NCBI GenBank assembly: GCA_001643675.2
Contig: LSRY02000043.1
Span: 744,001 to 808,000 of the forward strand
DNA length: 64,000 bases
Direction: 5' to 3'
Source: Monocercomonoides exilis PA203
Taxonomy: Eukaryota > Protista > Preaxostyla
Shown here: positions 40,507 to 52,999 of the stretch, in pieces
Position numbering within the stretch: position 1 is the stretch's first letter
Layout: every line of letters begins with the position of its first letter
Notes under the pieces: generated by a model
Told to the model about the DNA's origin: nothing
Seen by the model: the letters and a program-made list of their open reading frames with translations, nothing else
The model's database searches: none
Program-made: the position numbers and the translations under genes

Positions 40507-43500
40507 ATGAAACATTCCTGCTTGTTAAGTTCAATGGAAAACACACTCATTTATTTTTCTGTCAATATATTTGAAGGAGAAATCTCAGGTGGATCTTATT
40601 CTTCACATGAATTCATCTACAAAAACACAACGATAAGCAACGGGAAAAGAGAAATGAATGCTCTTCAGAAAAATGGTCAGATGAATTTGACAGTTAGCCA
40701 ATCCTTTTCGTTGTGTGAATGGACTGATTGCACAGCACCACAAGGAGGAGTGCTTTATGCGCATGACAATGGAAGTGACATTCTCACAGTTGATAATTCT
40801 TTATTCACAAGATGCAGTGCTTCCTCGTCAAGAGGTGGAGGAATATATGCTTTGAAAATTGCTGAATGCATTGTGCATCATTCAACATTTGATCAATGTG
40901 TTACATATGGTTCTTCAGATTGGGGTGGAGGAGGGATTCAGTTTGAGACAATTTATGTTCAGCCAATGGTTGACGATTGTTTGTTTAATAACTGCTCTGC
41001 TGCGAATGATGGAGGAGGAATTGGTTTTTATCAAGAAACTGCTCAAAAACAAAAAAAATGTGTGATAAACTCGTTTTTTTAATTTTGTCAAGCATCTAAC
41101 TCTACAAATTCTATTGGAGGTGCAATTATTCATTGGGATGGAACAATGCAAGTTTTATTCTCAAATTGTTTATTTTATCATTGCTCATCGCTTTCAGGAG
41201 GAGCAGTTTTCTTGTTACTGAATGCAAATAACAAAAGAGTTTTGTTTTATTATTGTTATTTCCACAATAACACATGCACAAGGTGTGGCTACGATATGTT
41301 GCTTCATGGTTCAACCTCAAATAATATTGATCCAACCTGCTATTCAACCGGCCAAACATCATACAGAGTTTGTATAAATTTTAATTCATATGCCTATCGG
41401 AGTGATTGGCTTCGCAATGATTTTGGAAATGTGAGATTTGTCTCATCAACTGATTCACAACCAAAAGGCATTGATTCATATGCATGTGGGCTGGATAAAT
41501 CTTATCCATGCAGCACGATCAGCCGTTGCCTTTCGCAATTGATTCCAGACTTGGTTCCCAATGTCGAAATATTTTCTGGAACGATAATCGAAACAAATAG
41601 TTTTGATTGTGGGACAAACACTTTTACTGTTTATGGTCAAAGCAATATGAACACAGCAATCCATACAGAATTTGAAACATCTGGGCTGTCTCTGTTTTCA
41701 GTCTCGACAGGCACATTGACTGCCAGGGACTTTGTTCTTGTGCATGATTCAATACATCCGAACAATCGTGATTCAAGACTGTTTGAGGTCACAGGAGCAG
41801 GAGGAATGAGCATCAGCAGACTGAACATTTCAACGGGAAGCGGGCACTCAACAGAAACAGCTTTCACGAGAGAGTTTATAAATGTTCAGGGAGGATTTTT
41901 TCAAATGGAACATGTGAACTGGGCAAAGACAATCTCCACAACTTCGTTATTTTCGCTTTCTTCGACAAATGAAGTTTCATTGACTCTTTCAGAGTGCATC
42001 TTTGATGAGATTGAAAGAACAACAAGCGGAGCAGCTGTGATGTCCTTTTCCAATTACAAGGTGAACATCGATCTGGCCTCTTGCTCATTTTCGGGATGCG
42101 GAAGCACAACATCGGCTGATGGAGGCTCGATGATGCTGTGTGTTGGGAATGAAAATGAAGTGAAAGTGAAAGGCGGATCTTTTGATGGGTGCTATTGCTC
42201 GGCATTGTATGGGCTCGGGGGCGGTATTCTTCTTCGGCTGATGAACGACAGCCCCAATTTCCTCATTTCTTCTTCCTTTGGCACAAACACAGCCAAGTGG
42301 GGAAGAGACATCTTTGTCATTTCACCCAATCTGGAAGAAACTGCAACTTCAAGAAAAATTGCATGTGTGACAGCCTCTTTGGATTCTTTTGACAAAGTTC
42401 GAGGATACGACAATGGAAACACCGACACACCAATCCCGCTCTGCGTCTATCTCCTTCCCACCCCAGCTGAAATATATGTGAGCAGCACAGAAGCATCTGA
42501 CCATCCTTGTTACGGAATCGTCCAGTTCCCTTGCTTGACTTTGAAGCACTTTCTCACGTAGCAGCAAGACTCAAAATGTGTTGTTGTGAGTGGAACGATC
42601 CAGATGAGCGACGAGATTATCTTTGCCAATCAGAAGTACAAAATTCAGGGAAACGACGAACTCAGCGGCTGGGCAGCCTCTGATGCCAGCTCGTCATTAA
42701 ACCCAGCGGTGATAACAGCAAGCGCCGAAACAGAATTGTTAAAGCTCATCTTCTCTCTTCCTCCTTCTCTCTCTTCACACTCCATTTTCATTTCTTCTCC
42801 TTCCTCTTCTTTGAATCTCTCCCACTGTTCTCTTTCCCTGCAGCATCCTTCATCAGCATTGCCATTTCTGTTTTTATCAGTTGAATCAGGAATCCTGATA
42901 ATCGGCAATTTCTCTGCTTCATCGATTAATTTAAGTGATTATCCATTGATCTCGTTGTCAGGAAGCAGCGCCGAGGCTGAATTGATGAGCGCTCCCTGGT
43001 TGAACATGGCGAAATGCTATTTCACAGAAATGGAAAGAGTGACCGGAAGCGGAGGCTGTGTGAGTATCGATAACAGCAACGACGAACATTCAAAAGCAGA
43101 AATTGATATAAAGGATGCGTATTTGAGGGGTGTTCTGTGCTGGCTGATGGGAGCAGAGGCCGCACTATTGATGCACAGATGAAGGGGAATGCCCAATTGA
43201 ATATTATTTCATGCACGTTTACAGGATGCACAGCACCAGCTGAAGAAGACAAGACTGGCTTTGGAGGAGGAATATCGCTGAATCTGGTTGATGATTATTC
43301 TTTATTTGTGATCTCATCACCTATTTTTGAGGAAGACAAACCAAATGTTGCAAAATGTGGAAATGATGTTTTTGTTGAATCATCTGACTTGACAAAGAGC
43401 ATCACAAACATTTCTCTTTTATTTGTGTCAGAGAATCTGGATGATATTTCATTGAATTCCATGAAAGGCTTTGATGGGAATGACACAACGAATGCCATTC

Positions 43501-43886
43501 CATTGGTGTATTTCTGGAGAGCAATTGGCTAAGAGGCATTTGTTGGCAGCGAAGGGAAAGATATGGGTGTTTGTGGATTCTCAGATTATCCATGCTTGTC
43601 CATCGATTATTCGTTAACGAGATTTCCTGAAGGAAATAAAAAGAATATATCCATTTTTGGAAAAGGTGTCCTTCAGAAACATGTTGAACTCAGAGGAATT
43701 TCAATAAAATCGAATGACGGTGAAACGTGCTCTTTGAAATGCGCATCATCGCTTGAAGGAGCAGAAGGAGCATCAATGAAGATTAAGGGCATTACCAATT
43801 TCGAACAGATCAAGTTTGTGTTTCCTTCTTCATTCACAAGTGTTGAGAATATTTTGATATTTATTCACAAAGTGATGGGTTGTTGA
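40507..43886 (+). pseudogene. Cargo: pectin-lyase-like/beta-helix surface-protein family fragment
   Basis: Repeated F..C....GG(G/A)I motifs and CG....PC.T(I/L) motifs across ORFs 40507-41082, 41146-42561, 42586-43886; several frameshifts and stops. Confidence 0.7.
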
Positions 43887-44299
43887 CTGTGAAAAACTAC
43901 ATGTTAACTGAAATTTTCAATGAAGAAGATGTTATCGATATTTCAATGATTAAAATTTGAATAGAATGGAATAAATAAGAATTTTTGCTGAATCAAACGT
44001 AATATCTTCGTTCAGCATGATGCTCACTTATTTTTCTGCGACCCATCTAACAAATTTTTCAGGGAAGAGAAGTCAAGACGGATGAAATATAGTATTTGTA
44101 ACCTTTTGAAAAATGCTTCTGTTACGCAATGAGCGCAACACCAAATTCATTCCCGCGTTTTTGAAAAGCAGTGTGTATTCGAGGCAATGGCACAGAGCAT
44201 AGAAGAAAGCGTCCTCGTCACTTAAGATAAAAGTGATTTCATAATTGGGATGTAGATCTAAAAAAATCAAGATGAAAAAGTGCTGGATCAGATGGGGAA

Positions 44300-46130
44300 A
44301 TAATAAAATTTATATGAAAACAGCAGGACAGGTTTAAGAAACAGCGACAGCTTCAATTACATCTTCTGGAGTTTAAATTTTGCTTTCTCTATCTTCAATC
44401 TTTGCATCCAAAAAACTTGGCTCATCACATTTATCTATTTGTTCGGACATCTTTATTGGCTTAATATTGTCTTTGACACTGCTGTTATCACTCGAAATAT
44501 TGACTCTGCAATCTTCATCACAATTTCCATCATCTTTTCCCAGGTACATTGATTGAATATATGCTTCAACTTCTTGCAGGCGCTTAATAGGCCTACACAG
44601 ATGTTCGTCGAAGAGATGGTCAGCGTATTTTGTGATTGAATCCTTGAACTTGGCAGAGAAAGGAGAGTTGCTGTAAGTGAATGATGTGATGGCTTCACTA
44701 CCGAGGGATTCAATAACAAGCAGACGAAGAACATCAGAAAGCCAATGGAGTGTTGGAAATGGAGTGGAAGAAATAAGAACAGATGCAGATGATTTGCAAT
44801 TGCATTTCCAGCAGCATTCAAGATATAAACTTTATTTGATGTATTGTTTTCAAGTGATTCTGGATTTTCTGATGAAGTGGCAGCTATATTCGAAGTTGAA
44901 GCATTGAATGAATGAGAAGAAGAAGAAGAAGTAGAAGAGATACTTGGGGATGAAAGCTGAGTTTGCTCGTCGTCTAGTGCATGATCGCGTTAGCATTCAG
45001 CCATCCAATCAGCGCATAAAAAAGCAACTTCTGAGGAACAGGCCCATAAAGATTGAAGAGTCCCTTTAAAAAATCTATCGATTTGAGCTTCCTGAAATTC
45101 TTCGTCTGTCATGCTATTTGACTCAGGATGTTGAGATAAGGAGGAGCTCATTGAAGAAGAAGAAGAAGAAAAAGAATAAGAAGAAGAAGAAGAAGAAAGA
45201 GAAGAAGAAAGAGAAAAAGAAGAAGAAGAAGAAGAAAAAGGGAAAGATTAATATTATTGAATAGTTGTTGTTCTCCTTTATCATCTTTTATTTGTATTTC
45301 AAGTTTTCTAATTCCTCACTCCACGAGTAGTCTTCCAACAGTACTTTTCCAAAATGCAGGATAGCTGAAGTTTCTCGTTCATTTCCTTAGCCTATTCCAC
45401 CTTCTTCTTTCTCATCATCATCTTCTTCTTCTTCTCCTCATACCTCAGAGCATTCGTCTTCTTGCTCCTCGTATCCATATACTCTGTCCAGAACAGAAGG
45501 AAGATAAGAAGACTCGCTCTTAACAGACCGCTCATCATCTTGTCTTGTAGGATACACCCCACAAAAAGGAAACACGCTATGAAACACATAGCTGCAATGG
45601 AAGATATCTGAAGCAAAGTGAAGCTTTTCCACTTTTTTTCAACTGCTTTGTGGCATGACGATAGCCAAGTTGACAGAACGCTTTGAATCAAGAGAGTTGG
45701 AAATTCTAATAATGAGGTAATAAGCAGAACAAATAAGTTTTTAATTGATCGAAGTTATCGAGAGAAATGAAGCGATTGAGGTCAAGAAAGTTTATATTCA
45801 TATTCTGTTAATGGGAGAAGATAAGCCTACGTATGCTGCAATGAAACCGCTTAATGATTATGTTGAATCATATCGAGAATATTTTCAAAAAGCTTTAAAG
45901 CTTCCAAAATGTTTTCAGCGAATTCTGACGAAAAAGACTTCTTTCTAGCTTTGTTGACCTTCGGGGCTGAGAGGATGAAGTTATCCTTTGGGCTATCATT
46001 ATTGTATTCTGCAAATTCTGTATCCATTTAGCACATAAACAGCTGTCCCATTCATCTGTTGATTTCTTATCGTCTTCAGCATTAAGCAGCATTCGATTTA
46101 TCACTCTTTCCTATAAATCACTGAGCAAAG
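44300..46130 (-). pseudogene. Cargo: decayed host-like coding fragment
   Basis: Broken minus-strand ORFs with a poly-Ser tract; no domain recognised. Confidence 0.35.
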
Positions 46131-46341
46131 AAAAAGGAATTCTTCATGTTTACAACTTCTCAGTACAATTCCTCTCGTTATTGAAACATTCTTATGTGCT
46201 GAATGGAGATTAGATATCATCGGCGAAAGCAAAAAGGATAATATTACAGCAATGGAAAATGTATTTGTGAAGTTTTGATTGATTCATGTTTATTTTCTGG
46301 AGGGCTTCCAAAAGAACTTGAAAAAGAAAGAATAAATACTT

Positions 46342-47245
46342 TTGGAAAAAATACGTGAATGGAATGGATCACTTATCCATTCGTTAGATTCAACAAGAGC
46401 AATGAAACATGATACAATGTTTATTTCTTCATCAGGTGGATTTTCAATGTCCGCTAACGATGCGACAATCGAGAAAGGAGAATTATTGAACAATAATCCA
46501 TCAATTGAAGGATATCCATCAGTGAGAAGAAACATTCTCCGCTCTGATTCTGGAATATTGAATGTGATGAGTTTGAAAGGAGGAGATGGATTGAAGGATG
46601 GTTCATCATTGTGGATGTTGAATGATGGGTGCAGTTTTGAAGGAATTGTTTCTGAGAGAGATTCATCATTTTTCATTCCTGTTCTGGAGAGTATAGAAGC
46701 CAAAGAAGATACAGATAGAATGAAGCTGACATTCAAAGGGATGCTTCTTCTTCCATGCAATCTGTCATTCTCCGTTGAGAAGAGGAAAGGAGAAGAGAAA
46801 GAGATTGAAAAACATGATTTTGATGCAAGTGGGTTTTTATCAGAAAGAGAAGTTGAGGGAAGTGTGGCAAAAGATCTCCTCAGCAGTTGTGGAAATGAAA
46901 TCGAAGTGAGTGCTTCAATTTTGTTTGGGAATTCAAATTCTCCATCTTCAACAAATTCATTCATCCTGAAGAATGCAAGTGAAACAAATGCAAATGGAAA
47001 TGAAAGAATTGTCGAGGGAGAGATTGAAATCCTGTGGAGTTTGTTCACCTTTATTGGGTGTATTGTTGTTATTGCGATTCAATTATTGATGATTGTGATG
47101 GTTGTGCTTTTGAGAAAGAAACTGAAGGAAGCGGAAAAGAAAGCAAAGGCAGCAGATTTAGAAGCAAAACTAATAATGGAAAAGATTGAGAGAAGATGTG
47201 AAAACAAAGGATAAAGCTTTCAGATGATTGAAATTCTATCAACAT
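46342..47245 (+). pseudogene. Cargo: C-terminal ectodomain + transmembrane segment of the same surface-protein family
   Basis: 290-aa ORF ending in hydrophobic WSLFTFIGCIVVIAIQLLMIVMVVLL-RKK; truncated next to the transposase 3' end. Confidence 0.65.
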
Positions 47246-47266
47246 TGTTTAAAAAAGATAACCATG

Positions 47267-50079
47267 CTAAATGCGGCTTGGGCTAAAAGAAATGTTCGAG
47301 AATGAGTTGCCTGAGCTGCCTGAGCTGCCTGAGCTGTGTGAGCTGCCTGAGCTGCCTGAGCTGTTAGAGATGACTGAGCTGCCTGAGCTGCCTGAGCTGC
47401 CTGAGCTGCCTGAGCTGCCTGAGCTGCCTGAGCTGTGTGAGCTGCCTGAGCTGTGTGAGCTGTGTGAGCTGCCTGAGCTGCCTGAGCTGTGTGAGCTGCC
47501 TGAGCTGTGTGAGCTGTGTGAGCTGCCTGAGCTGCCTGAGCTGTGTGAGCTGAATTCATCATTTTTTGGAGAAATGAGAAATTGTGAATCGAGTGATTTG
47601 GATTTGCTTTCACGGTTATGAGTGCTATCTGCTTTTTTGCTATCTTCGAACTCATTATCTATTGCTGCATCGTCACATTCTGTTGTTTCATTGTAAATAT
47701 CATTCTCAATTGATGCTTCGAATCTCCTTTCAATGAGATCCAGCGATTGAATTCCAGTTTCTTTTCTCAATCCACAATAAAACATACGGCTTGCTGATTG
47801 TTTGGAGAATATCTTGTTCTCAGTGGAAATATCTGCTTTCTTCCATTCCATCGAATTGTGATGATGAAATGGAGCAAAGAGAATATCATCTTTATCTCTT
47901 CGCCAACATAAATTCAACTTCATTGACTGCACACATAGCTTTGGAAGAGTTTTTTTTCTTAAAATCGGAGAATATGGAAGAAAATGTCTCATAACATGAG
48001 CATTTTCCATTTCCCATTCTGAGGAACTTAATCTTCTGTCGAAGAAGGATCTAAGTTCCTCGAGTGAAGAAATGTCTTCACAAGAGTTTTTCAAAACTCT
48101 TGTGAGGAATCCAAATTCGGAATCCACCTCGCTTTTTCCATGCCCTTCAGCAAAAAAGGAAAGCGAGGTGGATTCAAAGAGAAGATGAAGGGAGGATGAT
48201 GAGTGTAGGATGAAATGGAGAAATGCTCCATTTCTAAAGTGTGGTCCACATTCTGACCAAACTTTCAGATATGTGAAATGCTTGGAATTTCTTTTTGTAA
48301 TGATTGATACGACTGTTTGAAGACAGTCAATAGAATATCTGCTATCTTTCGAAAGTACTTCAGAAAAGAAATGAAAGCAATGTTTCATCTTTGTTTTGTT
48401 TTTGATGAAATGGGCAATTATTCCAAGGTGAGAGTTTTCTTTTTTTTCATAATAATCTCGAGAAATCTGGGAATAATAATAAGGAAGTGCCCAATTTTGT
48501 TTGAAATCCATAATTAAAAGAATCTCATTTTGTTTCAATTCATCGAGATCTTTGTGAAATGAAGTTCTTTGAATTTTTTGTATAATGAAGTGCTTGTTAA
48601 GAGTGTGCATTTCTTGAATTTCTTTAGCTTCCAGATTTTTCACCTTCTTTTTGTTAATTAATTGTTTTCTTCTTTCACATAAATTACACACATCAGTTCT
48701 TCTTTCCGCCTTTTCTATGTTTTGCGAAAGTTTATAAAAAGTTGACAAACACATTTTTACGTTTGTTTCTTTCATCATTTTTTTCCAAACGCACTTTTTC
48801 GAATCAAATATAATTCTTCTTTCATTCTCGAACCAGATTTTATTATCTTTAAGTTCAGTTTTTGTTTCTAAATCATTCCACACTTCTTTTTCAAACAGAA
48901 TTTTGTTGTATTTAACAATATTTGAAGAATTCGAATTGTTTCCATTTTCATCTTCTTTATTTGATTTCAATAAATTTATTCTGCAAAAATCTTCAATATT
49001 TTTTTCTATTATTGCTGATGTTGTGGATTTAATGAATTGATCAAAATTTAATTGTTGTATTTCACAATCATCTGAAGTGATTGTATTTTTTTCTTTCTTT
49101 TCATCCGATGAAGTGTGTTGATCAGTTTGCGAATGATGTTGGGGAGTTGAAGAATTTTTATGAGATAATATATGAGAAGAAATAGGAGGTGAATGAAATG
49201 AATTTTCTTTTTGAGATAAAATGTTAGATGGTGTTGTCAGTGGATTGAATGTTGTTTGAGAAGAAATAGGAGGTGTATGAAATGAATTTGTAAATATCGG
49301 CATCAATAATGGAGATGTTGCATTTCTTGATATTGACAAAAGCAAATCGTCATTTTGTTGATTTGTATTTATTCTTAATAATTTTTGACTATTGGTTTTA
49401 TTGATGTGTGGTGAACATTTGTTATCCTTTGTGACTGATTTAGACAGAAATTCAATATCATCTTCACTTAAATCTAAAGTTTTGGATTTTTTACAGATCG
49501 TTTGGCATTTGCTGCTATCATCTGAATTTCTTTCCAACCACCATTGGCAAAATAAAAAATTGGAAGTGCTTAGAGCTATAAAAATGTTATTGAATAATAA
49601 ATAATTAATAAAACATACGCTGCTTACACGTTGGAATGGAATGTTTATCCGGCTTTTTTACTTCGTAGTTATGTTTTTTCAAAATGCGATTTGCATGCAC
49701 CAGATTATTTTTGGAACAATTCCAACCTGCTTTAAGCAATTCTCGAAAATCAAACACTTTCAGAAATGTTTGAAGGAGAAGAATTCGATTATTTTTATCT
49801 AATAAATCATATAGAAATCCAGCCTGCAAAAGAATTTTATCAACTTTATCTTATCATTAATGGAAAATATAAACGAAAATTTATTTTACCAAATATTATT
49901 CTACGCATACCATTAAAGTCTTGAACCAAATAACTAAAAATTTCTTTTCCTTTTTCCGTATGCTTGAAATAATAAGAAAGCAACTGTTCTTCTTCATTTT
50001 CTGCGTAATATTTAAGAAAATCTGATAGATTGTGGCATATCTGAGACAGTCGACCAACGGAATGATCTTTAATTGTCAT
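47267..50079 (-). CDS. Sola2-like transposase, copy 3 (no USP domain; probably 3 exons)
   Basis: Exon 1 MTIKDHS...QDFNG|GT, exon 2 ILLLQTFLKVF, then a 756-aa open exon with RTDVCNLC, MDFKQNW, WSECGPHFRN, GHGKSEVDSEFG. Confidence 0.8.
47304..47552. repeat. 9-bp minisatellite (GAGCTGCCT/GAGCTGTGT) encoding an SGS/SHS tail of transposase copy 3
   Basis: About 27 tandem units with two alternating variants. Confidence 0.95.
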
Positions 50080-50187
50080 TTCAAAACTTTAAAAAACTTT
50101 ATTCTGGTAATTCGAAAAACCATGTTGATTTTTTTTGGGACAGATCAGGCTAAAAAAAAGTGATTTTTCAAAAATTTTCACCCATAT

Positions 50188-50824
50188 GTTTGCTATCATT
50201 GAACAAAATGTTTCAATGCGTATTCATTGTAATGATTACTCTATTTCGAGAAGGAATGTTAAGTTTTTTGTGACAAATAGAGGATCAGATGTTGTTTCTG
50301 GTCTTCAAGATTTAAAAACTTGTTATTCATTTTTAGTTGAGAAGAGAGAAGGAGAGTGTGTATCATGTCACAAAGATTGACAGTTTTCGAAATATGTTCG
50401 TTTTTTGTATTTTCCAAAAGTGTTAAGTGTTTTGTTCAACGTTAGTGATTTTTTCACTGTAATTGTTCCTCCTTTTTCTATTCATTTTGTTGATTCAGTA
50501 TTAGGGCCTGAGGATTTATAAATATTTGATCCAAAGGTTTTTTCTGAAGATTCATTCTTATCTTCTTGTTCTGTTGATGATGTTGTTGTTTATGAATTTG
50601 TTGGATGTGTTATTCATTCAAATGTTCTTTATAAGCAAGGGCATTTTTTTGCCGTTGTGAAAGAAAATGTTTCTAAACCTAGTTCCATTTCAAAGTTTAT
50701 TGAGTGTAATGATCATATTGTTTCAGAAATTATTCCTGAAAAATGGAATGATTATTGGAACCATCTCGCTTTGGAAAATTGGCATCCTTCTATTTGTTTT
50801 TTCAAAAAAATTGAAAAATCATAA
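50188..50824 (+). pseudogene. Stand-alone USP-like gene, 3' part (His box)
   Basis: YEFVGCVIHSNVLYKQGHFFAVVK...FIECNDHIVSEIIPEKWNDYWNHL..WHPSICFF, homologous to the transposase-embedded USP; stop at 50822-50824. Confidence 0.75.
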
Positions 50825-51699
50825 TTCTTATCATTTTTTTTTTTTGATTTTAATTTTTTAAGAATTTTCTTGATTGCAAAAATAACAAAATTAACTTTTC
50901 AATTTATTTTTTTTCTTTCTCTTTATTTTCCAAATAATAATAATAAATCATTGTTTGAATATTTATTTTATGACTATTATTTTTAAAAAAAATGATAATT
51001 CAATTGCTGTGAATAATTGTTTATAATTTGTTTATTCCTTGATTAATAATAATGCAAGGTTATTTGTTGTTTTCAAAAAAATATTTTCTTCAAAGAGTAC
51101 TAACATGAAAGAAAAATTGATTTTTAATGAATATACATTTTTTAACTTAAAAAATATATATCTATGAAAGAAGAAAGAATAAATTTATAAATAATGTCAT
51201 ATTTTGTTCATTAAAAAACATCTTTTGAAAAACAATAAATGATAAAAAAATTTGTGAACCATTCTTTTCGAAAAAAATATTTTATTGTTCTTTTTTAATA
51301 AAATAATAATCATTTAAAAATGTTCAGGAAAAATATATGTAACTTAAAAATAATGAAAAAAGAACATTTTGTTGATATTTTAATAAATTTTCGAAAAACA
51401 ATTTATCCTTACAAAAAAATTGATTGATCACAACTAACCATTGTTTAATTTTTTTTTCGATTTTTGATCTTTTTTTATGATATCAAAAAAATCTCCCAAA
51501 TTCAGAAATTTTGTGATTTTTTTGTCGGTCGACTTGTCGAGATCTTTCGTGAAAAGTCGGTTTATCGCAAAGGCCTACTAAGATATTTCTGTGTTTATTT
51601 AATAAAAGATTGTATGTTGTATGTTCTGAAATATTCATAAACGCATTAATTCAAAGAATTATTTATGAGTTAATCTTCATTTATTCTATTAGTGTTTGA

Positions 51700-52780
51700 A
51701 TTAATTCAGACGGAAAAACTTTATTGAAATCGATTTGTTGATTGATGCTGAAGAGTGTATTCTGTCCAAAACAAGAGATAAATGAATTGAACACAATATT
51801 TTCATGCAAAAAATGTTCATTCAACAGGTTTATCAAAAATGTCCTCAATGTGGATAAAGAAAACTGTCCAAATTGTGGCTCGAAAATGAATGATTATGAA
51901 AGATCCGACAAGAAGATAATTATAATCCTCAAATTGAGGCAAATCAATTTTAATATATCACAACATTTGCTTTTAAAGATCAAAATTCCTCTTAGCAAAT
52001 TATTGTCTGCTCTTCTGTATAACTGTCAAAAAATGAATATCTCTCATGAGAGCTTGTTGATTGATCTTGTAAGAAAAACAATTTCATTTTAGTATGGCCA
52101 TAACAGAACATCTTCCATTAAAAATTTATTTGAAGATTTCGCAGCGATCGGAAGCGAGGAGAGAATTGTTAAAATCTATGAAGCCCTATCGAGAAGAAGG
52201 AAATTTCACAAAGCAAGGAGAAAGCCCCAAATTTGGTTATTTTGAGGAATTAAAAGAACTGACAAAGAAATAGAGTGCAGATTTTTTATAGAAAGAGTAG
52301 AAAAAAGAAATAAAAGAGTATTATTTTAGTTAATCCTATCAAATAAAAAGCCAAAAACAACATTTTATACGGAAGAATGGTCAATCGACAAGTGTTTGCT
52401 GGAGAAGAACTTCATTCATTGAACAATGTGTCATATGTTTCACTTCGTAGATCTAATCACAAATAATTCCACTAACAGAATGAAAAGCTTATGTGAGAAA
52501 TTTCGGTATTTTTTTCAAAAATCAGGAGTGAGAGACAAACATATTGACTATGGCCTTGCTAAGTTTAAGTTTCTGGAATTCAAAAAATTTAATTGAATTC
52601 ATTCTCCAAAAAAATTTTGCATTCACTTCCGTAGGCAGAAAAAACAGATGAAGATCCAAAATATAAATCAGAAGATGAGTCAGTTTCACCTTTTTAATGA
52701 AGAATCATCAGAAGATACAGATGAAGATGAGTTTGGAGCAGGAGATGGAGAATCAGCATCAGAATATCAAAATGATTAAA
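51700..52780 (+). pseudogene. Highly decayed Merlin/IS1595-like transposase
   Basis: CPNCG Zn finger, IGSEERIVKIYEA..RRRKFHKARRK..IWLF, acidic tail; many stops; TIR/TSD not confidently found. Confidence 0.7.
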
Positions 52781-52999
52781 AATTTTATCCCACAGATTTT
52801 TTTATCGTTTTACATATCATTATTAGAACAACATTGTTTCAAACTTGAAATATAAGAAATTTGCTGAAGCGAGATGCTTTATAACTCATTTTTTTTTCAA
52901 TTTTTTAACTGGCCGTGGGAACTCCAATTGCTAGAATTGGTTATTCTTTAACCTCCTCATGATATTGTAAGTCCCAATATAAATGTTTCATTAACTTTT

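Larger units (their letters stand above)
39790..50183 (-). mobile_element. 10.4-kb Sola2-like TIR element (element C) with cargo
   Basis: GGGAGAAAATTTTTGAAAAATCA at 39790 vs TGATTTTTCAAAAATTTTCACCC ending 50183 (1 mismatch in 23); ATAT on both sides; removal rejoins a USP-like reading frame. Confidence 0.88.
22750..51497 (-). mobile_element. Probable 28.7-kb Sola2-like composite element (element B; ~17.7 kb without nested inserts)
   Basis: Left end reads GGGTGTTTTTCTTTGATA|TCATTAAAAAA after removing the 22768-23163 MITE; right end TTTTTTTATGATATCAAAAAAATCTCCC at 51497; AAATT flanks both sides; contains transposase copy 2. Confidence 0.6.

Noticed and set aside
47304-47552. CRISPR-like array, or the ELP/AQA repeat ORFs as genes
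   Set aside because: 9-bp tandem units without spacers; the alternative-frame ORFs are shadows of the minisatellite.
51572-52914. GGCC...GGCC as TIRs of the decayed Merlin copy
   Set aside because: Match is too short and there is no 8-bp TSD.
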